Below, piece after piece: positions 27,068 through 36,136 of a stretch of DNA of 59,337 nucleotides (positions within the stretch are counted from its first letter, which is position 1; each line of letters opens with the position of its first letter). A model generated the notes under the pieces. It saw nothing but the letters and a program-made list of their open reading frames with translations. It made no database searches and was not told the DNA's origin. Both the position numbers and the translations under genes were made by a program. Source of the stretch: a virus (Duplodnaviria; Caudoviricetes); IMG/VR virus record IMGVR_UViG_3300035684_000073, positions 1 to 59,337 of that record. One strand, 5' to 3'.

Positions 27068-28515
27068 AGATCGGCGGCTATGCGGCAATCTTCGATCACG
27101 TCGATCGCGGCGGCGACGTCGTGCGGCCGGGCGCGTTCGACCGGACCTTGCGGCTTCGGAGCGCGGGCGCCGTGCCGCTGCTGTGGCAGCACGCGATGGC
27201 GCGGCCGATCGGCGGGATCGACGCACTCGCGGTGGATGGGCGGGGCCTGCACATGCGCGGCACGTTGCGCGATCCTGTCGCGGCCATGCTGGTGCGCGCC
27301 GGAAAGATCACGGGCCTGAGTTTTGGCTATCGCCCCCGCAAGGTTCGGATGGGCGAGGCCTGGCGACAGCTGATCGAACTCGACCTGGTCGAAATCTCGA
27401 TCGTCATGGACCCGATGCAGCCACAGGCGCGGGTCGCGCCAATCAATGGCGGCGCCCCCGACGCGCTACAGGTCCGACACGCGGATCATGATCGGGCCGG
27501 GCTCGCCGGCGGCGGCGCGCCGCTCGGCGATGACGAGGATCTGATCGAGGCGGTTGCGCACGAAGCTTTCGCGCTGCCGCGCGTCCATGCGCCCGGCGCT
27601 TTCGGGCGGGAGTCCGAGATAATCCTCGATCGTCTCGCGGCTGATCACGATCCAGCGTTTCGGCGCGCGGCGGCCGCCCACGTTGCCAAGCGGCACGTGC
27701 ACGTGAACGTCATCGCCCTGCGGAAAAACGAGCGGCGCTGCCATGGCGCTGCCTTACCACCTCTCGAGATCCGCAACGTAGAAGAGGGGAGGATCGGTTC
27801 GATAAGTACGGCCGATGACCTTGTATTGCACGCCGAGTTCAAGGTCCCAAAATCTTCTCCGATCCAGCTCCAGGCGCAGCGTTGGCATGGCCGGATCGTC
27901 CGTCGCGATGCTCAGCACGCCCAAATCGCGGGTGATTACGCCCACGAGCGTTTCCAAAGTCGAACCGAGGTCGTTGGCCCACTTGTCGAACGCAACTCGG
28001 GACTGGAGGTAATCGGACGCGGGGTCGGTGCCTCTTGCCGCCCGCAGGGCCATCGCAACGGCAGCCTGGATGTGGATCCGACTTTCGTTCGAGCCCTGGA
28101 CGTAGATATCGATCCGTTCGATGCGGCCATGGTCGACCGGAGCGGCGAGTGCCTCCACCGCACGGGTGGCCGCAGACGGGGGCGGGCGACTGCTGCTCCT
28201 CAGCAAGATCTCGATCGTATCTCTGATGTTCTGGACGAAGCCGCCGAGAATAGCGCGGTGGTCAAGGAGCTTGTCAGCGACCTCGAAAAGCGTGGCCAGC
28301 GTCGCAAAGAGGCTGCCGCTGCGAACATTGTGGATGGTCAAGTGACCGGTCATGCCGCGCTCACGGCAATAGACGGCAAAGGCCTCACTAATGCGGGCGA
28401 GAATCTCGCCGGTATCGAAGGCGGACACAGGTTGCCAACTTCGGACTTCGATTTCGAGAAATGGATCGCTCATGAGTCGATGCTGGCGCACCCCGCGCTC
28501 GGGGGCAAGCCGTGA
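27064..28515 (+). CDS. HK97-family prohead protease domain (~27064-27440) with long read-through extension antisense to two genes
   Basis: GYAAIFD.VDRGGDVVRPGAF, PLLWQH, GLSFGY, EISIV..PMQPQARV; GTGA overlaps at start and stop. Confidence 0.8.
   Translation: MKIGGYAAIFDHVDRGGDVVRPGAFDRTLRLRSAGAVPLLWQHAMARPIGGIDALAVDGRGLHMRGTLRDPVAAMLVRAGKITGLSFGYRPRKVRMGEAWRQLIELDLVEISIVMDPMQPQARVAPINGGAPDALQVRHADHDRAGLAGGGAPLGDDEDLIEAVAHEAFALPRVHAPGAFGRESEIILDRLAADHDPAFRRAAAAHVAKRHVHVNVIALRKNERRCHGAALPPLEIRNVEEGRIGSISTADDLVLHAEFKVPKSSPIQLQAQRWHGRIVRRDAQHAQIAGDYAHERFQSRTEVVGPLVERNSGLEVIGRGVGASCRPQGHRNGSLDVDPTFVRALDVDIDPFDAAMVDRSGECLHRTGGRRRGRATAAPQQDLDRISDVLDEAAENSAVVKELVSDLEKRGQRRKEAAAANIVDGQVTGHAALTAIDGKGLTNAGENLAGIEGGHRLPTSDFDFEKWIAHESMLAHPALGGKP
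27466..27744 (-). CDS. Small cargo protein, possibly DUF1488-like
   Basis: ISRETIEDYL...F..N....I...A...I...DL pattern. Confidence 0.6.
   Translation of the reverse strand: MAAPLVFPQGDDVHVHVPLGNVGGRRAPKRWIVISRETIEDYLGLPPESAGRMDARQRESFVRNRLDQILVIAERRAAAGEPGPIMIRVSDL
27754..28473 (-). CDS. Hypothetical cargo protein (239 aa)
   Basis: Lower GC; protein-like sequence with I.NVRSGSL motif; ATG 28473. Confidence 0.65.
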   Translation of the reverse strand: MSDPFLEIEVRSWQPVSAFDTGEILARISEAFAVYCRERGMTGHLTIHNVRSGSLFATLATLFEVADKLLDHRAILGGFVQNIRDTIEILLRSSSRPPPSAATRAVEALAAPVDHGRIERIDIYVQGSNESRIHIQAAVAMALRAARGTDPASDYLQSRVAFDKWANDLGSTLETLVGVITRDLGVLSIATDDPAMPTLRLELDRRRFWDLELGVQYKVIGRTYRTDPPLFYVADLERW

Positions 28516-28874
28516 CGGCCAGTGTGTTCGCCGAAATCGCGTTCGCAATCGGCTGCGCGGCGCGTGCGGCCGAGATCCAGGAGGCGATCGTCGGCGAAAC
28601 GATTGAGGCGCTCAAAGCCGCCCGGATCGAGCAGATCGGGAAGCACGGGCACGACGCCGAGCATGACGCCATGCTGCCGATCGATCAGCTGCCGCGGCTC
28701 GCGCAGGGTCGGATCGTGCACGCGCTCGATCAGATCCAGGCATTCGCCGGCGCCCGCAACCTGCCTGCAGCTCGCCTCAATCTGCTGCGCGGCGCGGCGA
28801 TCCTGCTCGCGGCCGTCGATCGCCTGGCGCCCGTGATTGCCGCCGGCATGGGAAGCGAAGGGGAAGAGCATTGA
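28512..28874 (+). CDS. Hypothetical phage protein
   Basis: R.EQIGKHGHDAEHD..L.RGAAILLAAVDRL; coupled both ends. Confidence 0.7.
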   Translation: MTASVFAEIAFAIGCAARAAEIQEAIVGETIEALKAARIEQIGKHGHDAEHDAMLPIDQLPRLAQGRIVHALDQIQAFAGARNLPAARLNLLRGAAILLAAVDRLAPVIAAGMGSEGEEH

Positions 28875-29458
28875 GCCAAGATCGAAACATCACGGTCGGC
28901 AAGAGCTGGCCGAGGCCGGCTACGCCGTGCGCGCTGGCGCCGAATTGGGAAGGCGAGTTCCGCGACTTCGACGATTGGGTCAGCTTCGCATCGAAGCGGC
29001 TCACAGTGGCGAGCGACAGCAACGGTGCCGATCTGTCGGCGATCTGCGTCGATGCCCTCGGCCGCCGCTGTCATAACGGCCGCGACTTCGCGCGGGCCCG
29101 CGATGAAGGCGCCTTTCCGGTGCGCTATTTCTTCGAGTGCCGCCAGCCGGCGATCGAGCCCGACGGCCTGGCGCAGCTGCGCGATGCGATCCCCAAGTTG
29201 GACCAGGCGCTCGGCGAGATGGTCGATGATCACACGACAAGCGCGAACCATCACCCGGCGCACGTGCTGGTGCCCGTCGCGGCCTTCGAGACCGTCAAAG
29301 ACTTTGTGCAGCTGGCGCGGCGCATAAAGCAGCAGGCCGAAAGTATCGGCGAGCTGCCCCCGGTCGACGGCGGGCCAACGGCGGGCCTGGCGCCAGGCTA
29401 TGCGATCGATGCCGCCGGTTGCCCGGTGCACGTCGGCCGCGACGGCGGCGCGTTGTGA
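28871..29458 (+). CDS. Hypothetical phage protein
   Basis: FDDWVSFA..CVDALGRRC..GRDFARARDEGAFPVRY; TTGA overlap. Confidence 0.7.
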   Translation: MSQDRNITVGKSWPRPATPCALAPNWEGEFRDFDDWVSFASKRLTVASDSNGADLSAICVDALGRRCHNGRDFARARDEGAFPVRYFFECRQPAIEPDGLAQLRDAIPKLDQALGEMVDDHTTSANHHPAHVLVPVAAFETVKDFVQLARRIKQQAESIGELPPVDGGPTAGLAPGYAIDAAGCPVHVGRDGGAL

Positions 29459-30249
29459 GCGCCGTCAAGGTGGGCCGGCTGGTCGAATATTTTCGCGGCG
29501 AGGGTGCCCGCTTCGGCAACGAAGGCGATCTGCAGGGCTGGTCGACCGAGGAAACAGCTGTGCGCTTCCTGCGCTCCTATCGCGAACTGCTCGACCAGGC
29601 CCCGCGGCCGATCGGCGCCGAGCTGCCGTGGCGGTGCTTTCATTGCGAGGAAGTTTTCGACACGCGCGCCAAGGCGGCCGAGCACTTCGGCACGGGCAAT
29701 TACAAGAACGAGCAGCCCGTTTGTATCGAAGCGGCGACAACCGAGCTCAAAATGCTGGTGATCACAAATCGCGAGCTTTGGGAGCGGCTGCGGTCGGTCG
29801 AGCAGGATCTAGAGCAGGCCGAATTCGAGCGGGACAACTTCGCCTATGCCGCGCGCAAGCTCACGGGCAAGCCGAGCGCCACGGCTCACGATCTGTCGAG
29901 CTGGAAGGAGACGGCGGACGGGCGGGTGCTCGCCGCGGAGGCCGCGATCGACGCCGCACCGGCGTGGCTGGCCGCCTGGCTGCGCCGGCGTGCCGAGCGG
30001 ATCTGGCGGCGGGCGCCGGCGGCCGCGACACGCGCGCAGCTGCGACAGATACTGCAGCGCTGGCAGGCCTGGTGCGCCGACGGCGAGCTGCGCGGCCAGC
30101 ACGTTTTCGCAAGCGAGGGGGCGATCGCGCTTCGCGCTGTCACGGCCGAAGCGCTGGCGCCGACGGCCTCTCGGGCGCCCAGATCCTGCAAATCGCTCCT
30201 AGACTCATTTGGGGCGGGCCGTCTTAGACGGCCTTCGGCAAAGGGCTGA
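29455..30249 (+). CDS. Hypothetical protein with C2H2-like motif and coiled coil
   Basis: WRCFHCEEVF....AAEHFG; GTGA overlap. Confidence 0.65.
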   Translation: MSAVKVGRLVEYFRGEGARFGNEGDLQGWSTEETAVRFLRSYRELLDQAPRPIGAELPWRCFHCEEVFDTRAKAAEHFGTGNYKNEQPVCIEAATTELKMLVITNRELWERLRSVEQDLEQAEFERDNFAYAARKLTGKPSATAHDLSSWKETADGRVLAAEAAIDAAPAWLAAWLRRRAERIWRRAPAAATRAQLRQILQRWQAWCADGELRGQHVFASEGAIALRAVTAEALAPTASRAPRSCKSLLDSFGAGRLRRPSAKG

Positions 30250-30252
30250 CAA

Positions 30253-30513
30253 GTGCCGGATCAGCTGAGCTTCCTGCCGGTGCCGCTGCGCGAGGCCTTC
30301 GCCCGTGCGATCTATGCCAAGCGGCCTTTTTGCCAGGCCTCCACCGTCGGCGTGCTCGATGGGCTCGGCGGGGTGACGGTCATCGCTTGGGATAATGCGC
30401 CGGCCTTCTACCAGGATCAGTGCTTCGAGCTGGCCGACGCCGTGCTCGCGGAGATCTTCCTGCGCCAGCAGCAAGGCGAGCAGCTGCCCGTGCAAGTCGA
30501 AAGGGCGGCATGA
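30253..30513 (+). CDS. Hypothetical protein
   Basis: In operon; stop overlaps next ATG. Confidence 0.55.
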   Translation: MPDQLSFLPVPLREAFARAIYAKRPFCQASTVGVLDGLGGVTVIAWDNAPAFYQDQCFELADAVLAEIFLRQQQGEQLPVQVERAA

Positions 30514-30761
30514 CGGTTTACGTCGACCAGGCGCGCAATCGGCTCGGCCGCATGATCTGCTGCCATATGGTCGCGGACACGCTCCAAGAGCTGCACGCGA
30601 TGGCGGCCGCGATCGGGATGCGGCGCGCCTGGTTTCAGCCGGCCAGCTTCCCGCACTACGACGTGAGCTTAGAGCGCCGAGCCCGTGCGATCGCCGCCGG
30701 CGCCGTCGAGATCGATCGTCGCCAACTGGCGCGCTTCATGCGCGAGAAGAGGCGCGCATGA
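30510..30761 (+). CDS. DUF4031 family protein
   Basis: MTVYVD..CHMVADT..ELHAMA..IG..R.WFQ..PHYDV. Confidence 0.85.
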   Translation: MTVYVDQARNRLGRMICCHMVADTLQELHAMAAAIGMRRAWFQPASFPHYDVSLERRARAIAAGAVEIDRRQLARFMREKRRA

Positions 30762-30994
30762 CGGCGCGGGGCGGGCCGGTAGCGTTGCGATCGGCGCGGG
30801 AGATCCTGGCCGATCAGTATGACGCCGAGGGACGGCGATCGACGGCCGCGGCCGTTCGGCGGGGCGGCAACCCGTCGGAAAGCGTGCTGCGCTCGCTGCG
30901 GGCGATCGAGATCGCGCAGCGGGAAGCCATCGCGACACGTGCGCAGCTGGCCGTCAAGCCAGGCAAAGCGCCTCGACGCGAGCAGCGAAGCTAA
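30758..30994 (+). CDS. Hypothetical protein
   Basis: ATGA and TAATG overlaps. Confidence 0.5.
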   Translation: MTARGGPVALRSAREILADQYDAEGRRSTAAAVRRGGNPSESVLRSLRAIEIAQREAIATRAQLAVKPGKAPRREQRS

Positions 30995-32121
30995 TGGCAG
31001 GGGCAGGGGGGCAGGGCCGCGGCAGTGATGCTTCCGCGGGCGTTGGGGCGCCGGCGCAGCTTTTGGCGCGTCTTAAGCTCGGCGTTCCGACGAAGCCCGA
31101 CGGTTCGATCGATTGGCCGGCGCCGGATCCGTCGAGCCCGTTTTTTGTGCAGGCGCCGTGCCTGGTGAGCTTTTCGGGCGGCCGCACGTCGGCGCTTATG
31201 CTCTTCCTGATCTTGTGGGCGCACGGCGGCGAGCTGCCGCCTGGCGTTTTCGTTTGTTTCGCCAATACGGGCAAAGAGCGCGAGGAAACGCTGCGGTTCC
31301 TCTATGAGTGTGGCCTCCGCTGGGGCGTTCGGATCCGCATAGTCGAATGGCGCCGCCCGGACGCGGCGAAGGGCAAGAGGCTTCCCCCTGATCAGCGCTT
31401 CGAGGAAGTCGGTTTCAATAGTGCTGCCCGCAATGGTGAGCCGTTTGTCGCTCTAATCGAAAATCGCGGCTTTCTCCCCAATGTCGCAACCCGCTTTTGC
31501 ACGTCGGACCTGAAGATCAACACATTGGACGCCTTTATGAGGGCGCAGGGTTTCGACCGCTGGTCTAACGCTGTCGGGCTGCGCGCCGATGAAATGCACA
31601 GGGTGTTTAAGCAAGTCGAGCGGAACAAGGCTGCGCGCCGGTCGACGGCGATCATGCCGCTCGCAGTGGCGGGCATCACTAAGCAAGACGTGATGGCCTT
31701 CTGGGCTCGGCAGCCGTTCAACCTGCAGCTACGCGGCTACGAAGGGAATTGCGACCTTTGCTTTTTGAAAGGCGAGCGGATCCTCCGGCGGCTCGTCCGC
31801 GACAACCCCGGAATGGCGGGCTGGTGGAAAGAGCAGGAAGGGCAGCGCGCCGGCGCCACTCGCGATCCAGCGATGGCGAATTTCTCGCGCCGCTACACTT
31901 ACGCCGGGTTGGAGGCTGAAGTCGGCGCGAGTGCGCTGCTCGATCTCGATTTGATGAGCGAAGATGAAGAGTTCGATGCCGAATGCGGGTTGACGTGTGG
32001 CGGTGATGATAGCCCGATCTCTTTCGACGCCGCGGCCGCGGTCGACCGCATGTTGGCCGATGTCGAGCTAAGGCGCGCGGCCGAGGATTGGCAAAGCCGG
32101 CAAGGCGGGCTCGATCTGTGA
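30994..32121 (+). CDS. PAPS-reductase-family (PP-loop) phage protein
   Basis: VSFSGGRTS, FANTGKE..ETLRF, RFCT..LK, GLRADE, GNCDLCFLK. Confidence 0.85.
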   Translation: MAGAGGQGRGSDASAGVGAPAQLLARLKLGVPTKPDGSIDWPAPDPSSPFFVQAPCLVSFSGGRTSALMLFLILWAHGGELPPGVFVCFANTGKEREETLRFLYECGLRWGVRIRIVEWRRPDAAKGKRLPPDQRFEEVGFNSAARNGEPFVALIENRGFLPNVATRFCTSDLKINTLDAFMRAQGFDRWSNAVGLRADEMHRVFKQVERNKAARRSTAIMPLAVAGITKQDVMAFWARQPFNLQLRGYEGNCDLCFLKGERILRRLVRDNPGMAGWWKEQEGQRAGATRDPAMANFSRRYTYAGLEAEVGASALLDLDLMSEDEEFDAECGLTCGGDDSPISFDAAAAVDRMLADVELRRAAEDWQSRQGGLDL

Positions 32122-35100
32122 CGGCTCAAAGCGCAAACCCGTTCCTTGACGCGGCGCTCGGCTATGCGGCGCGGGGCTGGCCTGTCTTTCCCTGCAGCCC
32201 GAGGCAGAAGGCGCCGCTGCTGCCGTGCGACAAGGATGCCGAGGGGCGCGAGATCCGCGGCACGGGCGGCGTGTCGAAGGCCTCGACGGATCCGGAGCAG
32301 ATCGCGGCCTGGTGGAAGCGCTGGCCGAAAGCCCTGGTCGGCCTGGCGACGGGGCACCCGACGATCGATGCCGACGGCCGCCGGCTCTTCGTGGTCGATT
32401 TCGATCCGCGCGAAGACGGCGACACGGGCGAAGTGTGGACGCTCGAAAGGCTCAAAGGCGAGCTGGAAGAGCAGCAAGGGTGCCCGTTCCCGTCAACGTT
32501 AACGGCCATGACGCCTTCGGACGGCGTGCACGCTTACCTGCTGCAGCCCGACGAAGGCGATCCGATCACGAACCGGGGCAACCTGCCCGAGCACGTCGAC
32601 GTGCGCGGCCTCGGCGGCTACGTGATCGCGCCGCCGTCGGTAATGGGGCCGAGCGCGATCAAGGGGCAGGCCGGGCTCCGCTATCGCTGGCTGCATGGCG
32701 AGGCCGATCGGCCGCTCGCCGACGCGCCGGCGCAGCTGATCGAGATCCTGCGATCGAGGCCGAAGGCAAAGGCCGGCGCCAGTACCGGCGACGATCGCCG
32801 GCGGCCGAGCAGCGCGGCGCCGATCGGCGCCGAGGAAGCCGTGCGCAAATATGCCCTGGCGGCCCTCGATGGCGAGTGCAGGGCGATCCGCGGCGCCGGA
32901 TCCGGCGTGCGCAATGCGCAACTTAACGAAAGCGCGCTCAAGGTTGCGAGCCTGGTCGTTGCAGGCGCCATCGACAGCACGATCGCGCGCAGCTCGATCG
33001 AGGCGGCCGCACGCGACAATCCGGGCCGCGACGACGATCGACAGCTCGCCGCGACGATCGAAAGCGGGTGGACAGCCGGGCTAAATAGCCCTCGCGATCT
33101 CTCTGAGATCGCGGCCGCTGCCCGTGCTCGCGCCGAGCGCGGGCATTCTCGATCCTTCCAACCTTCCGGCGATCGGCCGAGCCGCGGGGCGCCGCCGCGG
33201 CCGCCCGCGCCTGGCCGCCCTGCCGCACCCGCACCCGTCTCGCCGGCGGAAAATTCCAAACCCTTCCGAAACGGAAGGCTGGAAAGCTTATCATTGGGGA
33301 GCAAGGCGGGGGCGGCGCGGCTGAGGCGGCTTGCCGAGAAGTGGCTCGACCGCCGGATCGAGGCGGCACCCGAGACGGAACGCGAGATCACGGCGCTGGC
33401 ATGGGGCGTCGGCCGACGGGTGGCTGCGCAGCTGCTCGACGAACATGCCGCCCGCGAGCGGATATGGCCTCTGGTCGAGAAGTGCGCCGGCCTCGCCTTC
33501 GAGACGGTCGACCAGGCGATCGACGACGGCTTTAATCGCGGCTTCGATCCGGCGCCGCTGCAGCTCGACGCCGATTGCGCGGGCTTTCCCATGACGGACA
33601 AGGGCAACGCGCAGCGGTTCCGGGCGCGCTATGGACACGATTTCCGCTTTACGACGGCGAAGGGCTGGCTCGGATGGGATGGCCGGCGCTGGGCCGTGCT
33701 CGACCAGGATCCGCAGAACGCCCCCGCGGAGATCATGGCGGCTGTTTTCGACACCGTTGACGCAATCCAGCGCGAGGCGCGCCTGGTGCGCGACACGGGC
33801 CTGCAGCACGATGAAAACGAGCACGGGCTCGATCGCGCGATACCGAAGGGCAAGGGAGTCGTGCTGCTATCCGATATGATCGCCGCCTGGGGGCGCGCCT
33901 CGGAAAGCTCCGGACGGCTCGGCTGCATCGCGAACCTGGCGAAGCGCTGGTTGACCATGCCGATCGAGAAATTCGACTGCGAGGCGCTGGCGATCAACGT
34001 CCTGAACGGCACGCTTCGCTTCCGACGCGAGCAGCTCGGCGACGGCACGGTAACGGCCTCCCTCACGCTCGACGCGCATAGGCGCGAAGATCTGTCGACG
34101 AAGCTGGCGCCCGTCGAATATGATCCCAAGGCCGAGTGCCCCCTTTACGACCGGCAGCTCGCATGGGCGCAACCCGACGAAAAGGTGCGGCGCTATCTGC
34201 ACCAGGTCGGCGGCTACGGCATGACGGGCGACACGACGGCGCACGCGCTCTGGTTCTGGTATGGCCGAGGCCGCAACGGCAAGTCGACGACCATCGACAC
34301 CTGGTGCTATTTCGCCGGCGACTATAGCGGCACGACTTTGATCGAGACGTTTCTCGACCAAGGCATCAAGAAGCGCGGCGACCAGGCCTCGCCAGATCTG
34401 GCGCGGCTCGGCGGCGTGCGGATGCTACGCGCATCGGAACCCGAGCGCGGCGCCAAGCTGAATGCGGCGCTGATCAAGTTCGTGACGGGCGGCGAGCCCG
34501 TGCCGGTGCGGGCGCTTCACCGCGGCTTTTTCGACCTGTTGCCCCGCTTCAAGCTCATCATCTCCGGCAACTCGAAACCGGACATCCCCGACACGGACGA
34601 AGGCATCTGGTCGCGAATGAAGCTGGTTCCCTGGCAGCGCCATATCGAGAAGCCCGAAGAGGATCCGCTGCGCGACCGCTTCCCGGTGCCCGAGGGCCAG
34701 TGGCCGAAAAAGGATCTGCAGCTGGTCGACAAGATGAAGGCGGCCGAGGGATCGGGCGTGCTCAACCGGCTGATCGGCGGGCTCATGGACTGGCTCGCGA
34801 ACGGCCTGGTCGAGCCGGAAGCGGTGAAGCTGGCGACCCAAGAATATCGCGACCAGACGGATCCGCTGGCGCGGTTCCTGCGCCTCTGCACGGTAGCGGA
34901 TCCGGCGAGCCGCATCCAATCCTCGAAGCTGCACGAAGTCTTTGCCGCCTGGTGCAAGGCCGCCGGCGAGCGCGAGTGGACGAACAAGGGGCTCGCGAAG
35001 GCGATGGCCGACAAGGGCTTTGCTAAGGCGCGAAGCGACGGGATGCAGTGGCTCGGCCTGCGCCTGGTGCGCCAGGCATCCGACTTCGTCGATCACGAAG

Positions 35101-35240
35101 GCAATGTGCGCGAGTCGCTGCCCGACTTCGAGGCGCTCGCGGCCAGGGAGGAAGCGGCGCGCTCGGCCGAGGCCCGCGGCGACGTCGACCAGCCCCGCAC
35201 CCCCGACACTGAGGATCGCGAGCGATGGGATGTGCCCTGA
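32118..35240 (+). CDS. Prim-Pol primase + P4/D5-type SF3 helicase
   Basis: GWPVFPC, VVDFDP, TPSDGVH, DVRGLGGYVIAPPS; TDKGNAQRF; Walker A GRGRNGKST; IKFVTGGE; GTG 32118 overlaps upstream stop. Confidence 0.92.
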   Translation: MTAQSANPFLDAALGYAARGWPVFPCSPRQKAPLLPCDKDAEGREIRGTGGVSKASTDPEQIAAWWKRWPKALVGLATGHPTIDADGRRLFVVDFDPREDGDTGEVWTLERLKGELEEQQGCPFPSTLTAMTPSDGVHAYLLQPDEGDPITNRGNLPEHVDVRGLGGYVIAPPSVMGPSAIKGQAGLRYRWLHGEADRPLADAPAQLIEILRSRPKAKAGASTGDDRRRPSSAAPIGAEEAVRKYALAALDGECRAIRGAGSGVRNAQLNESALKVASLVVAGAIDSTIARSSIEAAARDNPGRDDDRQLAATIESGWTAGLNSPRDLSEIAAAARARAERGHSRSFQPSGDRPSRGAPPRPPAPGRPAAPAPVSPAENSKPFRNGRLESLSLGSKAGAARLRRLAEKWLDRRIEAAPETEREITALAWGVGRRVAAQLLDEHAARERIWPLVEKCAGLAFETVDQAIDDGFNRGFDPAPLQLDADCAGFPMTDKGNAQRFRARYGHDFRFTTAKGWLGWDGRRWAVLDQDPQNAPAEIMAAVFDTVDAIQREARLVRDTGLQHDENEHGLDRAIPKGKGVVLLSDMIAAWGRASESSGRLGCIANLAKRWLTMPIEKFDCEALAINVLNGTLRFRREQLGDGTVTASLTLDAHRREDLSTKLAPVEYDPKAECPLYDRQLAWAQPDEKVRRYLHQVGGYGMTGDTTAHALWFWYGRGRNGKSTTIDTWCYFAGDYSGTTLIETFLDQGIKKRGDQASPDLARLGGVRMLRASEPERGAKLNAALIKFVTGGEPVPVRALHRGFFDLLPRFKLIISGNSKPDIPDTDEGIWSRMKLVPWQRHIEKPEEDPLRDRFPVPEGQWPKKDLQLVDKMKAAEGSGVLNRLIGGLMDWLANGLVEPEAVKLATQEYRDQTDPLARFLRLCTVADPASRIQSSKLHEVFAAWCKAAGEREWTNKGLAKAMADKGFAKARSDGMQWLGLRLVRQASDFVDHEGNVRESLPDFEALAAREEAARSAEARGDVDQPRTPDTEDRERWDVP

Positions 35241-35499
35241 TCCTTCCGGGTCGGAAGGATGCCGGAAGGATCGCGGAAGTCGGAAACGGCGGAATTCCGC
35301 GCGCTTGGAAGGTTTGGAAGGATCGCCGTGAAGAAGTCTGCGAGTGGGTGCGTGCGCGCAGGCGCACGAATGCAATCCACCTTCAAGCTTCCAATCCTTC
35401 CGATCCTTCCGAGTGAATGAAGAAAAGGTCTAGTATCAATGAGTTCTGACTTCTCAAATGCCGGAAGGTTGAAAGCCGAGGCTTCCAAGGCCGGAAGCT
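35240..35499. repeat. Converging YGGAAG(GAT) iteron cluster, putative replication origin
   Basis: About 11 copies in both orientations directly after the primase-helicase. Confidence 0.6.
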
Positions 35500-35921
35500 T
35501 TCTTACGTTCGAGGACGTACAGGAGGAAATGATCGCCGCGCTACAGGGCTGGCGGCGGATGCCCGATCGGGAGCGCAACTGGCTCCGGAGCCGGGCGCAC
35601 TGGCCGGAGATACTTCGGCATACCTATTTCGGCGACTATTCGGACGAAGAGCAGCCGGAGCCGCGGCCGCTGCCGCTCACCCGCGCGCAGGTGAAGCGGA
35701 TGAATGAGGTCAGCGAATGGCTGCGCTTCGCGCCCGAAGCCGATCGGCAGCTGGTGGTGCTCGCCCTGGCGCAGCTCGCGGCGGGTCGCAAGCGGGTGAG
35801 CTGGACGCGAGTGAGGCGGAAAATGAACGCCGAAGTGGGCACGCGCGCGCTCGGCCAGCGCTTCACAAGGGCGATTTCCTCGATAGCAAAGGGCGTGAAC
35901 GCCGCAGAAAAGCTGGCCTAG
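35439..35921 (+). CDS. Putative late-gene regulator (DUF6362-like)
   Basis: TFEDVQEEM..A...WRRMPDRER.WL..WPEI; HTH-like C-terminus; between replication and packaging genes. Confidence 0.6.
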   Translation: MSSDFSNAGRLKAEASKAGSFLTFEDVQEEMIAALQGWRRMPDRERNWLRSRAHWPEILRHTYFGDYSDEEQPEPRPLPLTRAQVKRMNEVSEWLRFAPEADRQLVVLALAQLAAGRKRVSWTRVRRKMNAEVGTRALGQRFTRAISSIAKGVNAAEKLA

Positions 35922-36136
35922 AGGCTGTCAAGCCCTAGAATGTGCGGCGAATGAGATTTTGTCTGTTCGGCTCTAGGGCAAAATGGGCCTATCCATTGCT
36001 AAGTTCGGCGGACGTTATGCAAGCCATCTTCGCCCCTTCGATCGCAACGCTTCAGCCCGGCCAGGCCGAACGGTTCGGCCTGTTCTTGGGCGGCTTGGCA
36101 TGGCGCTTGCCCCGGTTCGGCCTGTCGAGGGCTTTT

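Noticed and set aside
35240-35499. Possible CRISPR-like array
   Set aside because: Repeats are 6-9 bp, irregularly spaced, in both orientations; no cas genes
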